Shown here piece by piece: positions 39,665 to 53,989 of a stretch of DNA of 64,000 nt (positions are counted from its first letter, which is position 1; each line of letters begins with the position of its first letter). Made by a program: the position numbers and the translations under genes. The notes under the pieces were generated by a model, which saw only the letters and a program-made list of their open reading frames with translations, was not told the origin of the DNA and did not search any database. This DNA comes from Chrysomallon squamiferum (taxonomy: Eukaryota; Animalia; Mollusca): positions 1,178,001 through 1,242,000 of the forward strand of contig CM022670.1 in NCBI GenBank assembly GCA_012295275.1, given 5' to 3'.

Positions 39665-42600
39665 TTTTTTTATTATTTTTATTTTATTATTTTTATTTTT
39701 ATTTTTATTTTATTATTATTTTTTTTTTTTTTTTTTTTTTTTTTGTGTTAGTTGATAAATGTATTTTGTTCTAATTTTAAATATATGTATTCTTGGCAGG
39801 TTATGATGTAACCTACTTGTGTCCATACAGTGGACCAATGAGAGGTTCTCTGACAGTAACAAATTATAAACTTTACTTCAAAAGTTCTGAGTTGGTGAGT
39901 TATTTAAAGCAGCCCATGTAGTTTTTCTCTATCAGTGACTTTAACCATCCCACTCTTTTTTTTATTATTTCTCACTCTCTTAACTTCTGTTTCTCCACTA
40001 AAATGATACATACTCCCTCATTTCTCATCTCTGACTTTCATGTTTATTAGTATGAGTAATCATTTTTGTAATTTCATTAAATATCTCTGACATATTCAAA
40101 TTTTCAAAAAAATAATTATTTATTTTAATAATTGTTAATTGTTTTGGTTATTTTTCATTTCAAATAGGATTCTCCGTATATTCTGGATGTTCCTCTGTGT
40201 GTAATCAGCAGGGTTGATAAAATAGGGGGAGCAACAAGCAGAGGGGAAAATGCTTATGGAATAGATATATTATGCAAGGTGAGTATTTTTATTTGTTTTC
40301 TCTTGTTATTCAGATATTTATTTACTTTGTCTTTCAGAGAAATAAATTATACAGCAGTGAAAGAGCAATCATTTGATTTTAAGAAAATAATAAGAGTTAT
40401 TTTTCTCAGTGTCTCCATGCTTATTACTGATAACATACAAGAATGTATTATGTGCTTTCTGTTATATAGGATTTTTCATATAAAACAGACTGTTTGTAAT
40501 GAAGATGAGTAATCTGTGGAAGATTGTGATAAACTTTGTCTCTCTCAGATACTGTTGCTGTACAAAACTAGATTTCTGATGTTGAGTAAATGTTAATGTA
40601 AAACATGCAGCACAAATGTAAACAAATATTTGTATTGATGATGTATTGAATTTATCGCATTAACTTATTGAATTAATTGCTTTTTTTTATATTAAAAATG
40701 TAAAACATAACAATATATAGAAAATTATAATAGATCAAGACAAAAAGTGTTCTTTTATTATTAATTATTTGTTTATTTATTTATTTATCTGGTTGATTCA
40801 TTTTTAAACTATTTTCTTTAAACTGATCTAATATTTTGTTTTCACAGGATATGAGAAATTTACGCTTTGCTCATAAACAAGAAAACCATTCTCGGAGACA
40901 AGTTTTTGAAAAAATCCAGCAGTATTCCTTTCCAGTCACAAACAAACTGGTATATTTTCACTTACTTTTGATGGATCAAAAATAATACTAATAAAATCAT
41001 TAAAACAGACATAAACATATATATATGTTATTGATTCAGTTAAATAAATCTAATGTACAGTTTAGGCTTTATTTAAACAGCTGCAGAAAGTATAATTTAC
41101 TTAAGACAGTTCTAACCAAACTGGCTTGTATTATTTGAATTAAACAATTTGTGTATATGTGTTAAGTACACAACTGTATCCTAGGCAGTTTAGTGCCCAA
41201 CTGAAACCAAAATCTTTTAGTTTCAAGGAAAACTTAATATATCTAAAGAACACATTTACTATCTTTGGAAGTTTGAAAGAATGTATAAGATCTTAATTAA
41301 AATAACTAAAGCTCTTGAATTTAAATCTGTTGAATGTTTACAATTCTAGACATTGTTTGCATTTGAGTTTCAAGAAGATTATGGAGTTAATGGATGGAGA
41401 GTTTATGATCCAGCAGCAGAACTGAAAAGACAGGTATCTATAAATTTAAAAAAAAAAAAAAAATTGTGTTTGAAAATATTAAATCAATTTAGTCATTATA
41501 TAAAATCTACTTAGCATACATTTCTTGAAGTTCCACAAAATGTAGACAATGAATTAGATATAAATATAAAAATAAGAATTCTCTGCAAAAATCTATATTA
41601 ACATTAGTAAATAAGATTAATATGTAATGTCAATTTAGTGATCTTTCATCGGAGCAGTTAATTCTTGGAAAGAGTTAGTAATGTGATGTGTTTTGGCAAC
41701 AGCAAGATCTAAAGCCAATGTTTTAACTGTTTTAATATTATGTTCAGATTACCACCTTTTATAGTACATTATATTATTTGACATGTTGGTGGACAAAAAT
41801 AATATTTAAATGGTGTTTTGATAATGAAATATTAAATATTAAAATTTGTATGCCAGTTTTTATAATTATAGTTAATATAATTAATGTTGTAAATACAAAA
41901 TAGTTTTATCAGTTTTATTATGTTTTGCAGGGTTTGCCTACAGAAAGCTGGAAAATATCAAAACTGAATGAAAAGTTTGATCTCTGTGATACTTACCCTC
42001 CTGTTGTGAGTTTTCTTAATTCTTTTTCTGTGTCTCTTCTCTCTGTGTAATCTCCCTTTAACTCCTCACTTCACACACACACATGCATACACACATATGC
42101 ACACAGAGAGAGAGAGAGATAGATAGTTAAAGATATAGATATATAGACAGATAGATAGCTATTTGATTATTATCTGGTTATCAGATATAAGTCAATTAGT
42201 AAAAAGAAATAAATATATATATATATATATTTAATATTCTGTTTTTAACTCTCAGCTTGGATTGCCGGTTGCTGCTACAGAAGAAGAAATTAGAAGTGTA
42301 GCTTCATTTCGTACAAAGAATAGATTACCAGTGAGTTGTAGAAATTTTACAAATTTTACAGCATTTGATGTGACAGAATCTAACTAAATGTCAATACTAA
42401 AACAAAAATGTTGATTTTGGTATTTTGGAAATTAGCATTATGTATGTATGTTGCAGTCATCCTAGCAGTGTGCTTAGTAGCCCAACTCTGTATTGTCTTT
42501 TTTCTAAACTCAGTCTATCGACTGATTTAGTTTGGATGTTGAAACTTCTGCTATGGTTTTGGCATCAGTGAGACCTGCATGCTACTTCACAATATCAGAT

Positions 42601-45600
42601 AGATACACATTTTACATCTGAATATTTGCCTTTTATGTTTTAAATCTGTAATTAACTTTCTGGTAGGTTTTGTCATGGATCCACCCAGAGAGTCAGGCCA
42701 CCATCACCCGGTCAAGTCAACCAATGGTGGGTGTGGCAGGCAAGCGTAACAAAGATGATGAACACTACTTGCAGCTGATCATGGATGCCAATGCTCAGTC
42801 ACACAAACTGTTCATTATGGACGCCAGGCCAAGTGTGAATGCAGTCGCAAATAAGGTTTGTGTAAATTTTAAATTATTTGGTTTTTTAATCATTTATTTT
42901 TGAAATTTTAATTAAAAAGAATTCCCCACCACAAATTTTTTTTTTATATATAAATAAAGTATTTTTCTGCAGTGTCAGTTTACATTTGTTGCAATGAATT
43001 AGTTGAAAAGTAAATATTTTTATAAAAATTATTAGGATAATATTTTGAATATTATTTGTTTTATAGACAGTATTTAATATGACAGATTTGCAACAATAAA
43101 CATTTGGAAAATATACCACTTTCAACATTTCATCATCCAAATTAACTATGAAAAAAATAATAATAATAATAATAATAATAAATTCTTAATATTTTTCATC
43201 TTGTATTAATAAAAAATATAAGAAAAAAATTAAATTTATTAAAAATAAGTATAAGTAACTCTTTGTTCAGTTTGTGAAAAATTATTATTATTTATTTTTT
43301 TTTCACTGTACTAGAGTTTGGTCTGAATCTGACATAACAATACTATGTTTTATCAGAGACAAAACAAAACAATTAAAAACAGATACATATATATATTATT
43401 TATTCAGGCTCGTGGTGGAGGGTATGAGAATGAGGATGCCTACCAGAATGCTGAACTGATATTTCTAGACATTCATAACATTCATGTAATGAGAGAAAGG
43501 TTTGTAGAAAATATTTTATCAAAAAATGTTGTTATATATCAATTTACATATTTCTTCATTATCATTATTTTGTTTCACTTTCTATCTAATTATAAAAACT
43601 TTTTTAGATAAACAAAGGATTCTTTAAAATTTTCAGTAAATTAAGTAACTGCTAAATCTATTACACAGATAAATGTATTCTGTGTGGTAACAAATAATAT
43701 TAATTGTTATTTGAGGAGAATGTAGCTCAAGATTGATTTTAAAACAGTCAGTGAGTTACTTCCAACAAAAACCCTGTAATAGTTTCTGTGCATATAACAG
43801 CACTCTTTAAGCCAATTAATAAATGAAGCTCAGCTGTGGATTTCATGCTCAGATATCATTATACAAAATCCTAATTATTATTATTAAAGTGTTGTCATTG
43901 AATTAAAATTTATTTATGACTGGGCAAATTTTAAAATCAGTGTTTAGATAATAAAGAAAGCTTCAACTGTTTTGTTTTCAGTTTGAGGAAACTTAAGGAG
44001 GTTTGTTTTCCTTTGGTTGATGAAGCCCACTGGTATTCTAACATTGAGTCTACACACTGGCTTGAACACATAAAAGTATGAATTACATCAATATTTCTGC
44101 ATACAAGAAAAAGAAATACTTAAATTATTAAATTAATATTTTTTTAAATTTTACTTTAAATTTTATTAACTAAGAACACATTTATGATATTCTTTCATAT
44201 TTTGATGTAATATTTTTGGGTTATTTAAGGTGTCTTAGCAACAAAGGCAGTTTTTTGCTCCATTATCTGAGGGATACCTTAATGAAGTGAAATTTACTAA
44301 TGGATAAACATCTAATAGTTTACAGTTGTTCTTATGCATATAAATAAAAATGTTCAATTAATATTACTGTTACATTCATTAAGAATTCAAACTCCTCAAA
44401 AAATATGTTTAATTTTTATATATTTTTTCTTCTTCTTTTCTTAAAACAGAAGAAAACAAAATGATTGAAATGTTTTCTTTGTTATTGTTCTGATTATTTA
44501 ATCTTATTTTATGCTTATTTTCAGCAAATCCTGGCTGGTGCTGTGAGGATAGCAGACAAAGTGGAGACAAACAAAACTTCAGTTTTAGTTCACTGTAGTG
44601 ATGGCTGGGATCGCACTGCTCAGGTTAATGTTTTATTTATTTATTTATTTATTTTAAATAGAAAAAAATGTAAAACTTTGGTATTGATTTTGCAAATCAT
44701 ATAATATATTTTGTTATTTCCTCTGTATAGCACACCCTAAGTTGATGTTGCTGAACTAAAATATTTCTTTTGTTTAAAAATACTGTATAACTGAAAAACT
44801 AGAATGCTATGATTTGAGTTTTCCAGTGATTTTAAAAGTAATAAAATATAATAGTAATGAAAAATGTTATACTTCATTTCACAAACTATAACAAAAGCAA
44901 AAATAAATAAATACATAACTTAAAAAAACAAAAAAACATCCTGTTTTAATTTAATATTTGTTGTTTTTTCATTACAATTATTATCATTTATATTATTACT
45001 TCTAGTTAACTGGTCTTGCAATGCTGATGTTGGATCCATATTATCGGACTCTGACTGGATTTGAAGTGCTCTTAGAGAAAGAATGGACCACAATGGGACA
45101 CAAGTTTGCACAGGTATTTTTGTTTCATATTTTTTTTAGTTTAAGCATTATTTTTTAACAACTCCATTTACAAATGAGTGTTGTAATATCCCAGGATTAA
45201 GAATTAAACAACTCAGATTTTAATATTAAAAATGATTTTTTTTTTTTATAATTGTTAATTTCAGAGGGTTGGACATGGTGAAGACAAACATTCAGATGCA
45301 GATCGGTCTCCAGTCTTCTTACAGTTTATTGACTGTGTGTGGCAGATGACAAAACAGGTAAATTATTTTATGATTCATTATACTTAGAATATAAAAAACA
45401 ACATTTTTATTTTATTTTATTTTTTTTAATAGCACAAACCTGTAACAGTGATTTAATTGATTTATTTTCTTATACATACTTTTCTTTTACATTTATTGTC
45501 TTAATTTAACTCACTTAGATTTTGAAATATGATTCACAACCCATTTTTGTATATTTATATTTTTATATAGTTTTTAAATTTTCAGTTTCCAAATGCTTTT

Positions 45601-46795
45601 GAGTTTAATGAACATTTTCTCATCACCATACTGGATCATCTCTACAGTTGTTTGTTTGGCACATTTCTCTGTAACTCTGAGCTACAAAGAGTTAAAGAGG
45701 TATTTTTTGTAATTATTATTATTAGTAGTAGTAGTAGTAGTATTAGTAGTAGTATTATTATTAAAAAAAAAGTTGTTTTGCACAATTACTATTCAATTAA
45801 TGACATTCAGAGGGTTAAAGATCTTTTAACTAAGAAGAAAGTTCTTGGTATGGTTTTATATCAGAGCTCACAAATTCACTGTATTTATTGTGTACTGTCT
45901 GGAATGGGAAATAGCTCATTCTGAGGACTAAAGAGAATTGACCTTATAACCCATTACTCTTCAGGCACAGTCATAGCTAAATCATTAAAACTTGGCAAGT
46001 TTATAATATTACACAAAAATTCAAATATATCAGTAAAACATGCAATCCACCAAGAAGATTTGATCCTGAAACCCTGAGATGGGTGTGCTAACACATCTCT
46101 GTAATTTCAGAGTGTAAAAGAGAAAACTGTGTCTCTGTGGTCATTCATCAACTGTCAGCAGGAAGAATTCACAAATCCTCTGTATGCTGTTTATCTTCAT
46201 CAACACATCTTGTTTCCGGTGGCTACCTTACGCAGACTTGAACTCTGGACTGGCTACTACTGCAGGTGGAATCCTCGAATGAGACCACAGGTAGTACTTT
46301 CATATCACAGCATTTAAAAAATCTATTTATTTATATATATCTGTCATTAATTACTGATGTTTTAATAGTAAATTGTAAGTATAATGACCTGTTATTATTA
46401 TTTCTTATTATTATTGTCATTTTCATCAACTTCATTATTATTACTTGACATATCATGAAAATCATATATTTATCTCATTGTTATTTGTATAATCAATACT
46501 ATAATCTTTGTCATGTTAATATTATCATTATTATCATTTTTATTGTTATCATCATTAGTATCACTATTTTTTGTTTTTGTTCTTGTTATCATTGTTTTAT
46601 TTATTTATTATTATTATTATTATCAATATTATTATTTTTCAGCAACCTCTACATCTACGTAACAGAGAGCTGTTGGCTTTAAAGAAACAGTTACAGAAGA
46701 AGGTAGAGGAGATGGAAAGAGAACTCAAGTCCCGTAATGCACGTTCAGCTCTTCAACCATCACCACCAAGAGTTTCCTCCCCTGTCACTGTATGA
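38709..46795 (+). CDS. MTMR2: Myotubularin-related PI3P/PI(3,5)P2 3-phosphatase (MTM1/MTMR1/MTMR2 clade), 17 coding exons, 656 aa
   Basis: Exons: 38709-38939, 39358-39433, 39800-39894, 40168-40278, 40848-40949, 41350-41433, 41931-42005, 42256-42330, 42667-42855, 43408-43499, 43982-44075, 44525-44623, 45006-45113, 45265-45357, 45586-45699, 46111-46290, 46643-46795 (sum 1971 nt, in frame, all GT-AG). Contains the PH-GRAM region ([23 protein letters not shown]), [14 protein letters not shown], the intact catalytic [11 protein letters not shown], a coiled coil and a PDZ-type C-terminus (VTV). The acceptor at 38704/38705 implies an upstream 5' exon. Confidence 0.95.
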
Positions 46796-49700
46796 CTAAA
46801 ATAGTTTTCTAAGTTATTTTCATCCCTACTAGCCAGAAGTTCACTTGTCTGTCACAGTACAACAGAACTGGTTCTGTAATTTCTTGTTCTCCATTGTTTA
46901 TCTACTCTCAGTATTAGACTGACTGTATATTCTGAAAATATGAAGCCATGTAATCATTAAGAATTTTTGTAAAGATTTGTATCTTATTTATAGGGCTGTA
47001 AATATATTAACCTTTATGTTACAATTAAAACATTATATCTTTCAAGTCATTAGCAATATCCAGTATACTTTAATATGACCCAAAAAAAAAAACAATCATT
47101 TGCTTTTAACAAATGGTTTTCTGCCACTATAATTATCTTATTTTATAATTATTAGTTCATATTATTTAATTATGACTGGGCTTTATATAATTATCAAGCA
47201 TTTTAATCACAAAAGCATTAATCTTAAATTTTACCCTTCTAGCCATTTCAGTTTTCATTATTTTACTGAATATTAACACATTATTGTTACATTCTGTTCA
47301 GGGTTTGAAAACCAAGGATTTCTGAGGAATTTTTGGCCAAACTGGACACTCAAAAGTTACATGAATCCACTGACCAAACCAGATGAGTGGGATAGAGGGA
47401 GGGTTTAATGTGTTCAAAAACACTGATGTAGTGTCAGATTGGCATCCCTTACAGGACTCATTAAGATAAAAAATAAATATAACAGTGTCAGAATATTCAG
47501 AGTGTAATTAATACACACACATGCATATGCACCCATATATACGCATACATATTATCTATTTTTAATGTTTAGTTCTTCTCTGCCAATTAAAAACACCACT
47601 TCTTCAAGAATGTCTGGGTAAAACATAATTTTTATTCACTAAAAGTAAATTTGTCATTAAAACTTTTATTATTTATGTTACTACTACTGTTACTAGTACT
47701 GCTACTGTTACTAGTAGGATCACTGTAATAACCACATTTATTTGTTATTTATTTATTTATTAATTTACTTATTTATCACAAAATTCACAATTACTGTTTA
47801 CCAAATTTATTATTATGTGAATCAAAGTATTGAATATTATTAACTTGTAATCATAATTACTTAACACAGAAATTTTTATATATGTACCACCATACATATA
47901 TATACCGGTGTTTTTTCGCACATTTGTATATAGTACAATATTATTTTTAAAACCCAGCATATATATATCATTTTCAAATCTGTGTCATGATGGAATGTAG
48001 GTTTTTTATATATTCAGAAAATATTTTATGTAGCATCTATAAACAATGTTAATAAAATGTGATTTATTTATTTATTTACTTAACTGTTTAGCTAAAACAA
48101 TGCTGGAGAAGCCTACACTTTATTTGAAAAGGCTGGGATTTTAAAACAAAACAGCATATGTAAATCACTGGAAATTTTGCTTACCAGAAATGGCAGGACC
48201 AAAGGTAAATATGAAAATAGAAATAAAGAATACAATTCCCCAAAACAAGTTAGATAACAGCTGATATATTTGTTATTTTCACTGTGCACATTAACTTAAG
48301 CATAAGCCATCAGAGACATTCTGAATTTATTACGTCCTTTTCATTTAGTGCTAACCTTGAAAAATAACAGAAAATACTTTCACTGTTAAGTAAATGATTT
48401 ATTTACCATTTATATGTGTACATGGTGATTATACTGTAATGGCTGTTGTGATATTGCTGAAGATTTATGTATAGTTGAGTAATCTTAAAATATGGGCCAT
48501 ACGTGCAATTACTTATTCCATCAGAACATCAATTTCTTTCTAATTTAGTATAACTAATGAGATCGCTATACTGGTTTTTGTTAATATACATGGATGTACT
48601 TAATATAAATCCGGAACACAAAAATAATGATCTGTAACAAAAGATAATGAAGAGAAAAATCAGATATGGTCTAGTCCAATCTCACATATTTTCATATAGT
48701 TGCAATACGTTATGTTTATTTGCATGTATGATGTACAAAGCAAAACGAATTTCTTAGCAAAATAAATGGTATTGTAGATAGATAATAAAGAGATTTCCCA
48801 TATACTTGTGTTTATTTTATTATTTCACGTTTTGGGTATTTTATATTGTTGTTATTATTTTTTATTATTATCATTATTATTACTGGCAGTTATTATATTA
48901 TTACATATATTATTGTTTTTATTACTACTGCTACTATTACTACTATTATTATAGCGTACATTTAATAATTAAACAACAAATACGAAAGTGTGTCGGTTGT
49001 AAATTAATTTACAGTAGGTTTCGTATAAGATATGAAAACTAATCTTTAAATATTAGTACACGTTATTTTCTTACAAAGAACATTATGATTATAGATTACA
49101 CTTAATACGTGTTATTCCGCCACTTTATCCCGAACAACATGATAAGACGCGGCTTAAAATAGCGTTCTTGTCCTACATAAATTATTAATTCGAAAACGAG
49201 TCTAGTGATTGCGGCCTGAGTTGGAAGTCGTAAAGTGAGGCAAAAATGCTTTAGAAAATTGATTTATACAGCGCCCACACCTTAACAAATGAATATGAAA
49301 GATAAAGTTACTAAAGTAATTTAAAGTGTTATATATGCTCGAAGGGTGTGTTGGAGGGCAAAGCATTTGACAAACTATTCAGAATATCTCCTTCCCACAT
49401 CCACAGAAACAAAATAATACGAGTGTGCGTTCATATATACAGAAATATATTATAGAAAGGTTTTAGACTTTATTGGTTCAATCGGCGAAGAAGTTCGAGT
49501 TTTTAGAAACAATAATTACTGAAGATACTTAATTCAGATAACTAATTAAACCGCATTATTGTTATTCTGAAATAACATAACAGGTAAAATATAATTAATT
49601 TTATATAAATTATAATCTTCGTAAGAATCATGCACGAACAGGTTCTACATATTGTAATGTTTATTTCACTTTTGTTATTTTTGAACACCGAATAATTGAT

Positions 49701-50014
49701 TGTTTTTCTATTCATTTTAAGATCGTGTTGATTATTTTCAGTGATAAGTACGAATCACGTGTCAGTAGCAAAGAAACATTCGCTACAGCTACATAAAACA
49801 AAATTCCGTACAGATATAAATACACTGTTATCATTACAGCATATTTTCTTTCACAGAACACCTTTTAAATCGTGTCACGCTATCCATAAATTATAAATTA
49901 ATAATTGTTTGTGGTTTATGAAAACAAAAATAAGACAAAACAAAACAAAAAACACAGTAAAATTGATCATGAAATATTTATACAATTATCATTTAGTGTT
50001 TCGTATGAATGAGC

Positions 50015-50100
<86 letters not shown>

Positions 50101-50917
50101 TAATATTGATGGATAAAATGAATGTGTGATATAACCTTAGACTGAAGCAGTAATAAATCAAGTTTATTAAATGACGGTTTAAACAAAATTAATTAAAATC
50201 GTTTTAGTTGATTTGTATTTACATTAACTGGCAATTAATTCAGCACAAATTTCGGGACAAAAATGTTCCCTAAAGATGTTTCCTGTAGAGAAGAATGGAT
50301 GTCTGGGTAATAACAATTGATCTAAATCGAGCTCACTACGCTGCAGTTGTATACTATATGCACTTATTATAATTGATGAGTTGCTGTTGTTCATCCATTA
50401 TCACCATCGTCATTATCTTCTTCTTTCTTTAATTTTCTTATCACAGGAAATAAATTATATAAATAAATAAATAAAGTAAAACAAACAACTGAAACATAGC
50501 ACAGTCCACTGTTTCGAATTGTACAATTTCTAGTGTTTTAAAATTGTTCAGAGTTATTTTAACAATTTAACCGCTCGTTTAGTTATTTTTATACGATAGT
50601 TTCCACGTTATTTTTGTTATTGACGTTGATATTCTGTTCTCAGCTTTTCTACTCTCGCCTATACGTAAATGGAATACTTAAAACTGTTATCTTAAAAATA
50701 ACAATTCATCATTGTACTACATTGTCTCATCATACCAATAACCTAATAAATTAGTTTTAAAATCTTGCCAATTTGTTATGAAATATATATATACAACTCT
50801 TATTTTACTTTTGGTATCTGTGTATTTTGTGATTTAAGAGGAAAAAAGTAGAAAAGAATGAATAACAACTACAGAATAATAATAACCATTTAAAAAAAAA
50901 GAAAAAAGAAAAAGAAC

Positions 50918-50949
<32 letters not shown>

Positions 50950-51474
50950 GACAACAACAACAACAATTCCTTTCCTTAAATAAATAAATAATGAAGACTG
51001 ATACGTAATTTATTTGACATTCCAACCAAGGCATTTTTATAGAGTGGCTATCTAAACCATAATTATTCCAGTAACAAATTATAGGTTAAAAAAAATCACT
51101 TTCTGGTTTTATATATCTGAATTTCTGTTTTGAATCTAGCAAATGGAATGAAATCTTATCCCAATTTTTCATACAGGTAAAAAAAAACGAAAAAAAACCA
51201 GCACACAAACAAAAACAACAAACAACAAAAACAGCTATTAGATGAAGATCAGTAATCTAAATTACTGATCGTTAATGTCATCGTAAAAGCCAGATATTAA
51301 TGCTTTATGTATATTTTGACGACAGGGCAATCATTCGGTAGATTATAAAAAATATATATTTAAATATTTTATTTACTTTATTTTTTATAATTAAATTATC
51401 TGGTTGCGTTAATATGGCCGACAGCTTGGAGTAACGTTTACAGTTCATTTTGGCCTTTCATCAGTATTCGAAAC

Positions 51475-51505
<31 letters not shown>

Positions 51506-51698
51506 TGTATGTATGTATGTATGTGTGTATGTATGTGTATGTATGTAAATATATAATGTTCTCGAAATAAATAACAGTGTAGCAGCCACTTACAGGAGGT
51601 ACATAATATCTGTTTAGGTTCTGTAAGAAGAAAAGGGGAGAAATTAAACAATTTCATGTCTTTTTGACATTTTAATGGCTTCCCTTAACTTTTCACTT

Positions 51699-51730
<32 letters not shown>

Positions 51731-52547
51731 CATACACACACACACACACACTCATTGTTATTGAAATATTTCTAGAAAACCACATTATATATTTTTTATA
51801 CGTCTCGACTCCATTTAAAATAAATTATCCATGGATTGAGTTTAACGAATGTGATACCGTGACCGGGGAAAGGCAATAAAAAGGAGAGAAATAATAAATA
51901 AAAAAACAACAAAAGCCCATTAAATTACGTAGAAAAAAAAAAAAAAAAAAAAGATTTAAGAAATGAAATAACCTCTCCTCCCTCTGGTCATACGAATAAA
52001 AACACAGACTTATCTGAACAAACTAAACCAATAAATGCTACACCATCTCTTTTCAAAGTAAGTTCAACAATAACGGTTTGTTTTCAGGCAGAGAGTGAAA
52101 ATACACTGACATGAAACGAGTACAGCTTTATGGTTGCATTGTTGTATGTCACGGTAGTCCGCCATCGATACGTTTACTTCTGCAAGTCGCGCGCACGTGT
52201 GCCAGCACTCATTATAGAACTGTTCGGCTGACAAAGAAGTGCGAGCGAGCTGTTATTTATAAAACGCAGTTAGTGATATCTCCGAAGCAAATTGAAATGT
52301 GTTAAATGTTAAATGGCAAAAAGAAGGTCAATCATATGTAAATACTGATAAAAGAAATAAAAAGAAAATAATTCATTTGGTAGTACGACGTATCCATTAC
52401 ATAAACCGGTCAGCAAATAAACAAGTAACTGGACATCAGATAAAACTTAACAAGGACAGAGTTCATTTGGTTTTCATTTCGAACATAGTTTAATAAGTAC
52501 TTGCTATTTCAATCAATTTATTATAATTATTACAATTTATCTGTACG

Positions 52548-52615
<68 letters not shown>

Positions 52616-53917
52616 AAAATGAAGAAGAAAAAGAAGAAGAGGAGGAGGAAAGAAAAGAAAAATGATACAGGTTTACACAGGACCAACATTCATTAAAAAT
52701 TAACCAGATAGCAATAAATCTTATAAATAAAATTTAAAAATAAGCTTCCAACAGCTTTTTGCCAAAAATAAATGAAATAAAGTAAAATAATAAAATGAAA
52801 GAGTGAATTAATTAATTAACTAATAATACCAATAAAAACAAACAACAAACCAGAAGCCAAAAACTGAATAAATAAATAATTCTGCATCCCGCAAAAAATA
52901 AAAACCAAAAAAATAAACCAGGACAAAACAAGAAGATATTAACACTGCAGTCTGTCACTTCGCATATCTTGACAATTTACCTTTCAAACAAACTATAATA
53001 ATATTTACCTGGACAATTACAGTATTTTATATTACCTTTATAAATCTCTTTATAATAAGACGAAACATTTAAATACTATTTCTTTGTACATTTATTAAAC
53101 TTCTACTGTAATCGCTTGTTGAATTTTACGTCTGCTTTTGAATTCGAGTGCCTTTGTTAAAGGGAAATAACTGAAACTGATAATTACATTGCAATGTCAT
53201 TCAGGTCATTCAATTTATCCAAGTCTCCAAAATGAAAAAATTACAACAATAGCATACACTTTACACACATCAAACGATAATATTACATAATAACACGGTT
53301 TTTTTGTCCCCAACTTTGTATGTGCTCTTTATGTTAGTTTTAAAAGTTTTAACTTATTTGCTACGTATGAGGAATCACACACAATATGCAACGTAATTTT
53401 CAAACACATTTAGACCGGTGTTTTTCAGAGACTGCGAACTATCTAATTTAATAATAGTCATGCTTTATACAAGAGTAAACGTGAAATAAATGTACAGTCT
53501 GTCCTTTTTAAAAGAGAAATAGAGAATATCAAAATTCGGAAGAACATATGCATGAAGGGTAAAAAGAAAAAAAAAATAATAATAATAATAAAGAAAAAAG
53601 GGAAAAAAAAGAAAAGAAAAAAAGAAAAAGTAAAATGAAAGAAACCAAAAAATTTAGAAAAAACTCAGAAATTTCGCAAAGAAATTCACTAGACCAAATA
53701 ATTGAATTATTTTGACCACGATGATAACAATATCATCAACACAATAATAAATAAATAAATAAATAAAAATTTAAAATTAATTGTGAATAATTATACAATA
53801 ATTTTCATGAGGATAATTCTGAAATGCATTATTTGAATTTTTTTTTTTTTTTTTTTTTTTATTAACACTTTAAAATTTCTGACCCCAGGTCATTTCTTCT
53901 TCTTCTTCTTCTTCTTC

Positions 53918-53989
<72 letters not shown>

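Noticed and set aside
45800-45850. IQRVKD echo of the preceding exon end LQRVKE, a possible duplicated alternative exon in MTMR2
   Set aside because: Similarity is limited to about 15 nt, the polypyrimidine tract is poor, and the candidate AG-to-GT segment would shift the frame.
52549-52615. (AAT)n(ATT)n self-complementary tract
   Set aside because: Two abutting copies of the commonest microsatellite in this window, with no evidence of function.
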